This document shows positions 22,996 to 32,283 of a DNA stretch of 64,000 nucleotides, in pieces. The translations under genes and the position numbers were made by a program. How positions within the stretch are numbered: position 1 is the first letter of the stretch; each line of letters starts with the position of its first letter. The notes under the pieces were generated by a model. It had not been told where the DNA came from. It searched no databases and was given only the letters and a program-made list of their open reading frames with translations. The DNA comes from Histomonas meleagridis 2922-C6/04-290x. Taxonomy: Eukaryota > Protista > Parabasalia. The stretch lies in contig JAANOX010000003.1 in NCBI GenBank assembly GCA_020184695.1, forward strand, positions 71,718 through 135,717, written 5' to 3'.

Positions 22996-24750
22996 ATGGA
23001 ACATTCTCCAAACCCAGAACATGATTTAGAAATTTTTGATGTTATTCTACGCATAATCACGCAAAAACCAATAGAATCTAATACTACAGAAGAAATCACA
23101 AATATATTAACAGTCGCTTATTCTGATCGTGCTGTTATGGTAAAATCATGGATTGAAAGGCACATAATGGTTGGAATACACCTTAATCCCAATTCTGATT
23201 TTAATAGACAAATTGATCAAGGTCCACATCCAAAATCAAAAGAAGCTATTGCATTCAGAGAATTTTGGGGCGAAAAATCCACTCTTAGGCGTTTTCAAGA
23301 TGGAGCTCTTTTAGAATCACTTGAATGGGGAGAAGATCCTTTTAATGAACTTACTCTTTATGCTCTTCAAAAGCATTTTTCATCCGATGTTAAGGTTGAA
23401 TCTGCCCCTAGTGATGTTTCTCCTCTTTTCCAATTACCAGGTCATCAAGCAAACATCCCATCACCACTTGGTGCATATGATGAACTTGTTACGACACTTC
23501 GTTCACTTGATCTTACAGTTGGTATCACATCCACTTCACCCATTTCACCATTTCTTCGCAATACTTCTGTTTTTCCTTATGATCCACTTAATTGCAAATC
23601 ACCACTTACCACATTATGTCCTCCGTCGATCAAAATTCTTGTTAAGCTTGAATCTTCCACAGCGTGGCCCTATGAATTAACTCCACTTCTTCAATATAAG
23701 ATTGCAGTATATATTGAAATTGCCAAACTTCTAAATGAAAAAGGTATTCAATCAAAGCCACACTATGAAGGTGTCCACATCCTACTTCATGGCTTTGTCT
23801 TTGACCTCATTGCATTTCATGAAGATGAGATGCGTCACTTTTTGGGGTCCCCCCATGGTGACAAAGTTCATTTTACAGAGAAAGTATTAGTTATACATCA
23901 TTCATTTATATCAGCTTTATGTACACGTTATCCATCATTTAGTGACTCTGTACGTACAAGTATTCGTTGGGTTCGTTCTAAAGGTGTAACATCAGAAGCA
24001 TTATCACAAGAAGCGATTGAATGCATTGTAGCATCCATTTATACCTCCGAAATTATACCAACTAATCCATACACTGGCTTTCTCCGATTTCTTTGTATCT
24101 TTGCGTCTAAACAGAATGTTATTTCTATCAATAGTACAATTCCTGCGTCAGATACCACTGATTTACCATTAGTTATTGTTGCACAACATTGTATCCATTC
24201 CGAATTTACACGAAATTGTATATTACTCACAAAGTCTGTTGTCTCATTTTTATATGCAGCAGCATCACAATCATTAAAAATAGCAATCGATGGAAGGTTC
24301 TCACCTACAAATCGTAACTTACAACGAATCTTTGCTATTCCGACAAGTCATTGGCATGTTAAATATTTCATTGACATGAAAATACTTCCACATAATGAAT
24401 TCGCTTTGTTTACAAATAAGAGAAGAATTGGAATGTTCGAAATTAAAACAAAGATTCCGCCCGAATTAGACGCATTATACGTCGACTTTAACCCGGTTTT
24501 AAGTCTGCTGAAAGAATTGTACGGAAGGTTCGGAAGGATTTTGAACTTTTGGTATGACGAACTAGGTGGATTTGCATTCGGAGTTTCGTATTCAGACGAA
24601 TTGTTGAAGAGTAAGCCGCTGAAGGAAGATGACTTAAACTTTGCAATGATGACAGATACGGGAGATATATGTGTAGACTTGGATTCTATCAAACAACAAA
24701 TTATGATAATGGGTAGTAATATTATTAAGAACTTTGAGGTAAGTGAATGA
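22996..24750 (+). CDS. NOL6: Nrap/NOL6/Utp22 family protein (C-terminal half only)
   Basis: GPHPKSKEAIAFREFWGEKSTLRRFQDGALLESLEW is the Nrap signature; VDFNPV and FWYDELGG also present. Confidence 0.85.
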   Translation: MEHSPNPEHDLEIFDVILRIITQKPIESNTTEEITNILTVAYSDRAVMVKSWIERHIMVGIHLNPNSDFNRQIDQGPHPKSKEAIAFREFWGEKSTLRRFQDGALLESLEWGEDPFNELTLYALQKHFSSDVKVESAPSDVSPLFQLPGHQANIPSPLGAYDELVTTLRSLDLTVGITSTSPISPFLRNTSVFPYDPLNCKSPLTTLCPPSIKILVKLESSTAWPYELTPLLQYKIAVYIEIAKLLNEKGIQSKPHYEGVHILLHGFVFDLIAFHEDEMRHFLGSPHGDKVHFTEKVLVIHHSFISALCTRYPSFSDSVRTSIRWVRSKGVTSEALSQEAIECIVASIYTSEIIPTNPYTGFLRFLCIFASKQNVISINSTIPASDTTDLPLVIVAQHCIHSEFTRNCILLTKSVVSFLYAAASQSLKIAIDGRFSPTNRNLQRIFAIPTSHWHVKYFIDMKILPHNEFALFTNKRRIGMFEIKTKIPPELDALYVDFNPVLSLLKELYGRFGRILNFWYDELGGFAFGVSYSDELLKSKPLKEDDLNFAMMTDTGDICVDLDSIKQQIMIMGSNIIKNFEVSE

Positions 24751-24870
24751 AATAATTATAAATTATATTATTTTTTGAATAAATATTAATTAATTTAGAA
24801 ATTTATTGTATTAATTTTTTATTTCTTCGTTCTTGATAAAGCACTGTAAACCAAATGGCGAAAAAAAAAG

Positions 24871-27204
24871 GGGCAATCGCTTAATAACACGCGACTTTTT
24901 CTGAGGAAATTTGAATGCTTTATTCCCACTTTTGGGTACATCCATGAGAAAAGGAAAAATAACACACCACTTTTTGTGTGATTTATTTTGGCATTAAAGC
25001 AAGTCATCTTGTAGCATTTTTAAATAAAAACATGGTGAAACATTCATTTGTGAACGCAACGGCGACTTTTTAAAAAGGAGAATTTGGAATTCCAACAGTT
25101 TACAAAGGATTCTCGAATATGCTTATTCTCACATGATTTATGATGTTCTTTTCTCATGAACTGTTAAACTGTATATTCACATTTTTGATATTATGAGTTT
25201 AATATATTAAGTTTTTATTAAGTAGCTAAAACATTTTTTGGACATCTAGGTGCAGTATGAGTATCACCTCCACATATACTGCAACGATATTTTCTCTTCA
25301 CTTTTGGAGCGCCTGCTTTATCCACATTGTTTCTTGGATATCTTGAAGGCGCTCCAAAAATCTGTATGTGTTCTGGTGGAAGAATATCTCCATCTTCTCC
25401 TGTTTCATGTTCAAGCGAGCATAAATCATTTAAGGCTTTGTCTAGAATATTTCTAATTACAAGAGATCGATTCGCGAGGGAGAAAAAACGTTCAAATTTA
25501 TCAATGCAATTACTGTAACTCCAATTGTTTCCTTTGTTTTTTGGCCGTAAATATCTATCAATGGTATTGGGATTATCTGTTTTATTTTCGTCAGTGATTA
25601 TCCATCTACAAGGTATGTCATTGATTGTTAAGAGTGGGTTCTTATCTTCTTTAATTCTCATTAGAATAAGGTGTTTACGAGGGAGATTGTATAATGTATG
25701 ATTTTTGCAGCAGGTCTCAGAGTATGGAATAGACAATACACCATTTAGTTTGAGGTCCATATATTCAGAGAATATCATTGCTGAAGCAAATGTACCGAGT
25801 TTTTTCGAATCTTCTTTGCTCATTAATTCTTGTGGGATAATTGTTAATTTATCACTCTTAGATAATATTCTAAGTCTTTCACCTTCTAAATAAATTGCAT
25901 ATACAAGATTCCCTAATGTTACAATTTTATGTTCTAGTAAATTCTTGAGACTTCCAAAAAAACCTTCAACTCGATTTGATGTTGTATTATCGCAATGTAT
26001 ATATTTTGAAATTATACTTGGTAGCCACTTATCCTGATCCTCTAATAAGTTTTGTAACAAACGCGATCCTTTTGTTTTTGGATGTTCATTCACATAATTA
26101 TTACATGCATTGATAAATTCTTCTTCAGAAATTTCTTGTATTTGAAACTTATGAAATAAATCACACATTTCTTGCCCTGCCTTTTGTCGAAGATTACGAG
26201 AAATGTGAACACTGCAAAATATAATTTTGCAAAATGGAAAGACAAATTTCAGTGCTTTGGCTCGTGTTTTGTTTCGATCGCAGATAAAGGAACTGATATC
26301 ACCTATTTTTTGTTTGATTTTTACAAAATAATTTAGAAATTCATTCTTTGTTCGTGAGCATATTATTGCAAAAGATAATACTTGGTTTCGACCATTTTGA
26401 TCCTTACTAATCATTAATAAAAGAGGGAGGTGATAGTAATTTGTACAACTTGTATCGTCGATAATGCACAGATCATTAGCCTTTTTTTCAGACATAATAG
26501 GTTCGTGAAATACATAACATCCATTAAAACGCTTATTTTCATCTATTATTATTTTGTTGCACCAATTATTTCCATTTTTCATTTGATCAAGCAATTCATC
26601 CATTTCATGGTCTCGAATGTGGTTTAAGATCTCTCTTCTTGTATTGTATAATACATATTTCGAACAAACCAATCCTTGTTTGATGCGAATGTTATAAGCC
26701 GATAATCCTTGTAATGTTGAATCTCTGATTTTCGTTTTTTGTGTTTCGCTTAGTTGATTTCTTTCTTTTCCGTTGTATGATGCAGAAATTTCATGTGTGT
26801 GGTTTAAATCGCAAGAATCGAATTGTGCTAATTGTGTTTCGGGGTTGTAAAGAATCCTAAGGCATGCATTGCAATTATAGATTGTTCGATACTGTCTACA
26901 GCAGAAAAGTTGCATTGATCTTGATTCACCTGTTGATCTAGGAACATATTGGCACTTATATTGATCAGAAATCTCGCGCACCCGTTGAACAAAAGCATGT
27001 ACATCTTCAAAGAATGCATTGTCAAGACGAGTAAATGCTTCTATGAGCTCAGGAGGAGTCTCCATTGCACTGATTTGGATGAAACATGATAAATCACACA
27101 AAAAGTGGCGTGTTATTTTTCCCTTTTGCATGGATGTACCCAAAAGTGAGAATAAAGCATTCAAATTTCCTCAGAAAAAGTCGCGTGTCATTAAGCAATT
27201 CTCC
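24871..27204 (-). mobile_element. complete Mutator-like (MULE) DNA transposon, 2334 bp
   Basis: 116-bp TIRs at 24871-24986 and 27089-27204 (about 9 mismatches by eye); 9-bp TSD AAAAAAAAG at 24862-24870 and 27205-27213; internal transposase ORF. Confidence 0.93.
25218..27164 (-). CDS. MULE DDE transposase (likely start 27065)
   Basis: IIDDTSCTN (D), FICDRNK (D), FCSVHI (CxxH), TSNRVEGFFG (E), SWIM-like CCKNH..LPRKH, C-terminal knuckle CSICGGDTHTAPRC. Confidence 0.9.
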   Translation of the reverse strand: MNALFSLLGTSMQKGKITRHFLCDLSCFIQISAMETPPELIEAFTRLDNAFFEDVHAFVQRVREISDQYKCQYVPRSTGESRSMQLFCCRQYRTIYNCNACLRILYNPETQLAQFDSCDLNHTHEISASYNGKERNQLSETQKTKIRDSTLQGLSAYNIRIKQGLVCSKYVLYNTRREILNHIRDHEMDELLDQMKNGNNWCNKIIIDENKRFNGCYVFHEPIMSEKKANDLCIIDDTSCTNYYHLPLLLMISKDQNGRNQVLSFAIICSRTKNEFLNYFVKIKQKIGDISSFICDRNKTRAKALKFVFPFCKIIFCSVHISRNLRQKAGQEMCDLFHKFQIQEISEEEFINACNNYVNEHPKTKGSRLLQNLLEDQDKWLPSIISKYIHCDNTTSNRVEGFFGSLKNLLEHKIVTLGNLVYAIYLEGERLRILSKSDKLTIIPQELMSKEDSKKLGTFASAMIFSEYMDLKLNGVLSIPYSETCCKNHTLYNLPRKHLILMRIKEDKNPLLTINDIPCRWIITDENKTDNPNTIDRYLRPKNKGNNWSYSNCIDKFERFFSLANRSLVIRNILDKALNDLCSLEHETGEDGDILPPEHIQIFGAPSRYPRNNVDKAGAPKVKRKYRCSICGGDTHTAPRCPKNVLAT

Positions 27205-27520
27205 AAAAAAAAGTAAAAAACTTTAACATCAAGAAAATTTAAGTATCAAATTCAGATTGTATGTAAGTGAATGAAATAATTATAAATTTTATTTTTATGG
27301 AGTATTGAAAAATTCTACCTCGTGCTTTGTGTAAGACGTTCTATTGATTTTAAAATTTGATTTTAACATATTTAGATCATTTCAATGAATGTTTCAGGAA
27401 TTTTTCCTTCTTCATTCATAATAAAGCGCTGTAAACCAGATGGTAAAGAAATATTAAAAAACTTTTTTATTATAATTTTTACATCAAAGAAGAAGAACAT
27501 TTCAAATCAAACAAAGAACT

Positions 27521-28696
27521 TTATTTTTTATTTAAATTGTTTGCTAAACAGCCGGGACAATTTTGGAGTGTATTATGAATAAAATTGTCACAGTCTGCAC
27601 AAAACACATTTCCACAGTCTTGACAAATGTATACCTCCTCACTCCCAAATCTTTCGTTACATCCGAAACATGCGAATTCACTTTTTGGACTCCTTTTTTC
27701 ATATGGCAAAATTGGTCTTAAATGATGTTGTGCACGAATTAAATGACCAGCAGAGAACAACAAATGTCCACAGCACGGACAAAATGTAGGCAAATCAAAC
27801 ACACGTGTCCCACATTGTGGACATTGGATATTTGTCACTTTTGGTAACGGCGGGTTATTTCTATCATGAAAAACTTTATCCAATTGAAATGCAGGCAAAT
27901 CATACGTTGTCTTAGGAAACCCAAACGGTAAAAATTGCATTTTTTGCGTTTTGTCAACCCACCCCGGCGGTTGCACGAAAGATAGGAGTATATCGTCCAA
28001 ATGTTCTGTCGACGTGGGAATTAAATACAAGCCATTATTTGATGCTGCAATCCGTTTAAGGAAATCAAGCTCAGCATTAAAGCCAATGCACGAAGCTACG
28101 CAAGGAGGAGATTGACATAGAAGATCAATGGATTCTTGTAATGGCTTCGGATCACATGTTCGCATTGAACCATAAAAGAAGAGGATTTCTTTGGTGGAAC
28201 ATTTGACTGTTGCACGAAGAAGAGAAGTCGCAACGACAATTGAATTATAAATTGAAGGCTCGCCTGATGCATTGATATCAGAAAGTGTATCTAATGCATG
28301 AATATGTTGCTTAATGTCACGTGATAATGGAGTTAAAATCGTTGCACGATAATTATATGTGGAAACTATGGAAAGCATTGAAAGAGGATTTTCATCGAAA
28401 AATGATGTAATAAAATTAGTTAAAGATTTGACAATTATTGAAATTCGTGATTGACCAAATTGTCGAGGGGCTAATGCTGTTTCTGTTATATCAATAACTA
28501 CTACAAGTGCACGAATAAGACCACGTCTCTTTCCTAAAAGATCATGCTTTTTTTTAGCTGTTTCACTATTAAATTCTCTAGTTCCAGTTTCAGAAACTAA
28601 TTGACCATTTTCATTTATTTTAAATCCATCCCATGGTGTACCTGTTTGTTCCCATTTGCGCATTGTTGTTACTTCAGTTAATTCGCCTTCATCCAT
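27521..28696 (-). CDS. GTF2H2: TFIIH p44 subunit (Ssl1/GTF2H2)
   Basis: RRGLIRALVVVID vWA start, GEPSIYNS, CPQCGTRVFDLPTFCPCCG zinc finger, C-terminal CFGC..CQDCGNVFCADCDNFIH..NCPGC. Confidence 0.93.
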   Translation of the reverse strand: MDEGELTEVTTMRKWEQTGTPWDGFKINENGQLVSETGTREFNSETAKKKHDLLGKRRGLIRALVVVIDITETALAPRQFGQSRISIIVKSLTNFITSFFDENPLSMLSIVSTYNYRATILTPLSRDIKQHIHALDTLSDINASGEPSIYNSIVVATSLLRATVKCSTKEILFFYGSMRTCDPKPLQESIDLLCQSPPCVASCIGFNAELDFLKRIAASNNGLYLIPTSTEHLDDILLSFVQPPGWVDKTQKMQFLPFGFPKTTYDLPAFQLDKVFHDRNNPPLPKVTNIQCPQCGTRVFDLPTFCPCCGHLLFSAGHLIRAQHHLRPILPYEKRSPKSEFACFGCNERFGSEEVYICQDCGNVFCADCDNFIHNTLQNCPGCLANNLNKK

Positions 28697-28900
28697 GGTC
28701 TTTTGCTTCCGCGAGTTTTGGGGAACCCCGATTACATAAAAGTGTCAATTGACTTTTTGTATTGATTGGAAAGTGACTATTTTGAGACGTTTATTTGTTT
28801 CGACTTTTGATAAGGAAGGTCAAATAATGTATTCAAAATGACTTCGGAAGGTTATGGTGTATTCAAAATATGTGAGATGACTAAATTTTCATTTTATAAA

Positions 28901-30874
28901 ATGGAAGAGTTGCAAAACGAACCATTACTTTCAAATAGAGAAATAGAAGAACCAAAGGAGAAAAGTTCTTTTCTTAAGAAAGCAATTCTTGGAATTTGTC
29001 TTGGAATTGGTCTTGTCTCGGGTGTTTTGATTGGATATGTCGCATTCGGTCGTTCATCAGATTCAAGCAAAACAACTACATATCAAAGTACAACAAACTC
29101 TATTGGTAATTATTATCTTAATGCATCAAATAGTGATTGTTCAACATTCGAAGTTCCATCTTGTCAAAGCAGCTCAGGTGACATGGATAGCAAATGGGCC
29201 ACTCATCTCTGGAATACACCAAAACGTGGTACAGAAGGTTGGAAGAAAGGTTATCAAGATATGAGCACTCTTGTTGGTTATGCACAACTTCAATACAATG
29301 CAGATCGTACATCTTGCACTGTAACAATTTACACAAAAACACATCATGATCTTTCTCTCACATATTATTTCGATGGCGTTTCCCAATCAGATCCTTCTAA
29401 GACATATGACTCCTCATACAAAGGACTCCTTAAAGTAAAAGTTGTAGCCGCTACAGGCGAAACACTTGAACTTGATGAAATCGATTTCATTTGGAATGTC
29501 GAACCACTTAAAGAAAGAAACGGTGATTATCGCAATGGACAAAAAGGTGCAATTGTAGAAATGTTTGGTTGGCCAGATGATGATATTGCAGAAGAATGCA
29601 AAGTTATTGCTGAAGCAGGTTATCTTGGTGTTAAACTTTTCCCACATCAAGAACAAGTTATGTCCACACAACCAATGGAGAACGAACTTAATCCATGGTA
29701 CTTCATGTATCAACCAGTCTCATATCGTTTACAAGGACGTGCAGGAACACGTACACAACTTCGTAACATGATTAAGAAGTGTCGTTCATATGGATTACGT
29801 GTTTATGCGGATGCAGTTGTTAATCATATGTCAGGCTCCGGTAATGATGCACAAGATCATCGTAATCCAGGCGCAGGCTGTACATATTGGCCTGGCAAGC
29901 AATCATCTGATGAAGAAAATCAATCACCATATTATACACCAGGTTACACATATAAATATAACTCATGGGGCGAGCCATCTAATGTACTCGAATATCCAGC
30001 TGTACCATATGGACCAATGGACTTCCATTGCGACAAATCATTAAATTCATGGACTGATCCAAACATAATGAACACTGGTTGGCTCACTGGTTTAACAGAT
30101 CTTGACACAAGCAAAGAATTTGTTCGCACACGTATTGCCGATTATTTTGTTGATCTTTTGTCCATCGGATTTTCTGGCTTTAGGGTTGATGCAGCTAAAC
30201 ATATTCATCCAATTGACTTAGCAGCGATCTTCGCTAAGTTCAAGCAAAGGTTAGGCGGTTCATATCCAGTCGACTTCTTCACGTGGCTCGAAGTTATCAC
30301 TGGCGGCGAATCACAACTTTTAGTTGGTGATTCCGATTATTCATACACAACATATTTCACTAACCAACTTAAGTCACAAGGATTAACAGACACCGAAATC
30401 AATCAAATTAAGATTTGGTGGAGTGGTTATCCTAATGAACCAGATAATGATGGCGGAAGGTTATCGCGCATTAGGAAAGTTATCCAAAATGATGATCACG
30501 ACCAACAAAACGATGGCTCATCATCACGCGATATGCATGACAAAGGATGCGTACTCGTTAAAGGATGTGATCCGAACACACATAGAATGCACGAAATCAA
30601 ATTGTTCACTGATCCTTATGGCGGCGCTGATAATGATAACGATTACCCAATTCGAATGTTGTTGTCTTCGTATTACTTCAAGGATGGCGTGAAGGCGATT
30701 CCTGACGGTAAATCTGATTGCAGCAAGTGTGTAACGACATGCGAATCATGCAGATCAAGGGCTTATGCAAAGGCGTATGTCGCTGATGCACAAGCTTACG
30801 CAGGAAGTGACTACACAAGAGTTCACAGAGATTCTCAAATCATTGCTGCAATGAGAAGCTGGATGCACATTTAA
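28901..30874 (+). CDS. GH13 alpha-amylase with N-terminal TM anchor (ORF track starts at 28838)
   Basis: DAVVNHM, GFRVDAAKH (nucleophile), WLEV (acid/base), NDDHD (Asp); TM AILGICLGIGLVSGVLIGYVAF. Confidence 0.9.
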   Translation: MEELQNEPLLSNREIEEPKEKSSFLKKAILGICLGIGLVSGVLIGYVAFGRSSDSSKTTTYQSTTNSIGNYYLNASNSDCSTFEVPSCQSSSGDMDSKWATHLWNTPKRGTEGWKKGYQDMSTLVGYAQLQYNADRTSCTVTIYTKTHHDLSLTYYFDGVSQSDPSKTYDSSYKGLLKVKVVAATGETLELDEIDFIWNVEPLKERNGDYRNGQKGAIVEMFGWPDDDIAEECKVIAEAGYLGVKLFPHQEQVMSTQPMENELNPWYFMYQPVSYRLQGRAGTRTQLRNMIKKCRSYGLRVYADAVVNHMSGSGNDAQDHRNPGAGCTYWPGKQSSDEENQSPYYTPGYTYKYNSWGEPSNVLEYPAVPYGPMDFHCDKSLNSWTDPNIMNTGWLTGLTDLDTSKEFVRTRIADYFVDLLSIGFSGFRVDAAKHIHPIDLAAIFAKFKQRLGGSYPVDFFTWLEVITGGESQLLVGDSDYSYTTYFTNQLKSQGLTDTEINQIKIWWSGYPNEPDNDGGRLSRIRKVIQNDDHDQQNDGSSSRDMHDKGCVLVKGCDPNTHRMHEIKLFTDPYGGADNDNDYPIRMLLSSYYFKDGVKAIPDGKSDCSKCVTTCESCRSRAYAKAYVADAQAYAGSDYTRVHRDSQIIAAMRSWMHI

Positions 30875-31083
30875 ATATTTATATTAATAAATGAATGATA
30901 ATTTTATCTTTGATTTTTTCTCAATGAAATAATGTAAATAGAAATTATAATGAAGCACATGATAATATGAATTTTAAATCAATTTTCTAATATCATAAAT
31001 TTGTTTCATCATTGTTTAGATTTTAGATTGACGGTTTGATATTGACCCTTATAAACGGTTGCTTTTAATAAAAGTGCATTTAT

Positions 31084-32283
31084 ATGATTAGCATCGAATA
31101 TGATCAAAGTGATGGATATTTCTCAAAGTTAATATCACTCGAAAAAATTATTTTTAATTTGGACACAAAAAATATTGACGAATCAACACAATCAATTTAT
31201 GATTTATTTGGCGCAAAATATCTTAATTCTGTTTTGTTGGTTATTAGTCAATTAATTTATTCATCTTTTTCTTCACAGAGAAAAGATTTTAATCTTTATT
31301 TTATGTTTTTAAAAGCATTAGATATCAAATATGAAAAGATAACAAAATATCGAACAATAAATATTTTTATTAAATATCTTCAATCTCTTAAATCTCAAGA
31401 ATCAAATTATCTTCTAGTGAAAATGTTTGAACAAAACATGATTGATATTAATGTTTTAATCAAGAAACAATGTTTATATTTTGTGCATTATACAAAAATT
31501 GATGACATTGAAGATGATTTTTCCGATATCTTCAGAAGAGATATTAAAATATTTAGAAAGAATAATTGGGCACTTCATAAGAAATATATTGAAGAAGGAC
31601 ATAGTCCGAACGAAATCGCTAAAATAATTCGAAATGATGAAGAAAAGAAACTTCAAGAAATATCATCACAAACAAATTTTGATTTTAACCAAACAATTGA
31701 ACCATCACTTTATGAAATATATTCATTTATTAACAAAAGAGGTGTTACATTAATTGATTATGCAGCATTTTTTGGATCAGTTAAATGTTTTAAATTTTTG
31801 TTATTAAATGGCTCTAACTTAAAAAATACATTTAAATATGCAATTGCAGGTGATAACCTTGAGATAATTCATTTATGTGAACAAAATCATGTATCATCTA
31901 AAGATGTTTGTAAAACTGCAATTAAGCTTCATAAAAGTGATGTTTTTGAATATTTTAAAGGAGACTTAAGTTATTCAAACAGATTTGAAGAAAAATGTTT
32001 TTTAAATAATTCTTATGGAATTCTTTCTCATTTACTAAGTGAAGGAAGTTTGTTTGTTTCAAAACATTTTATTAAAAAACTATTAAAAAAAGGTAATTTG
32101 TTAGTCATTAAAAATTTTAAAAATTATAATTTTTCCGATATTCTTCTTTATTATTCAATTGTAGAATCTGGTAATGTTGAACTAGTTGAATACTTTATCA
32201 ATAACAAAAATATTTTAAACCCTTACAGTATAAATGAAACGAATATTAATTTGTTTTGTTTGGTATTTGTTTCTATGTTTTAG
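31084..32283 (+). CDS. DUF3447/ankyrin protein, N-terminal part (continues into array 2)
   Basis: Same family motifs as 21732-22727 (IAKIIRND, EPSLYE, TLIDYAAFFGSVKCFKFL). Confidence 0.85.
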   Translation: MISIEYDQSDGYFSKLISLEKIIFNLDTKNIDESTQSIYDLFGAKYLNSVLLVISQLIYSSFSSQRKDFNLYFMFLKALDIKYEKITKYRTINIFIKYLQSLKSQESNYLLVKMFEQNMIDINVLIKKQCLYFVHYTKIDDIEDDFSDIFRRDIKIFRKNNWALHKKYIEEGHSPNEIAKIIRNDEEKKLQEISSQTNFDFNQTIEPSLYEIYSFINKRGVTLIDYAAFFGSVKCFKFLLLNGSNLKNTFKYAIAGDNLEIIHLCEQNHVSSKDVCKTAIKLHKSDVFEYFKGDLSYSNRFEEKCFLNNSYGILSHLLSEGSLFVSKHFIKKLLKKGNLLVIKNFKNYNFSDILLYYSIVESGNVELVEYFINNKNILNPYSINETNINLFCLVFVSMF

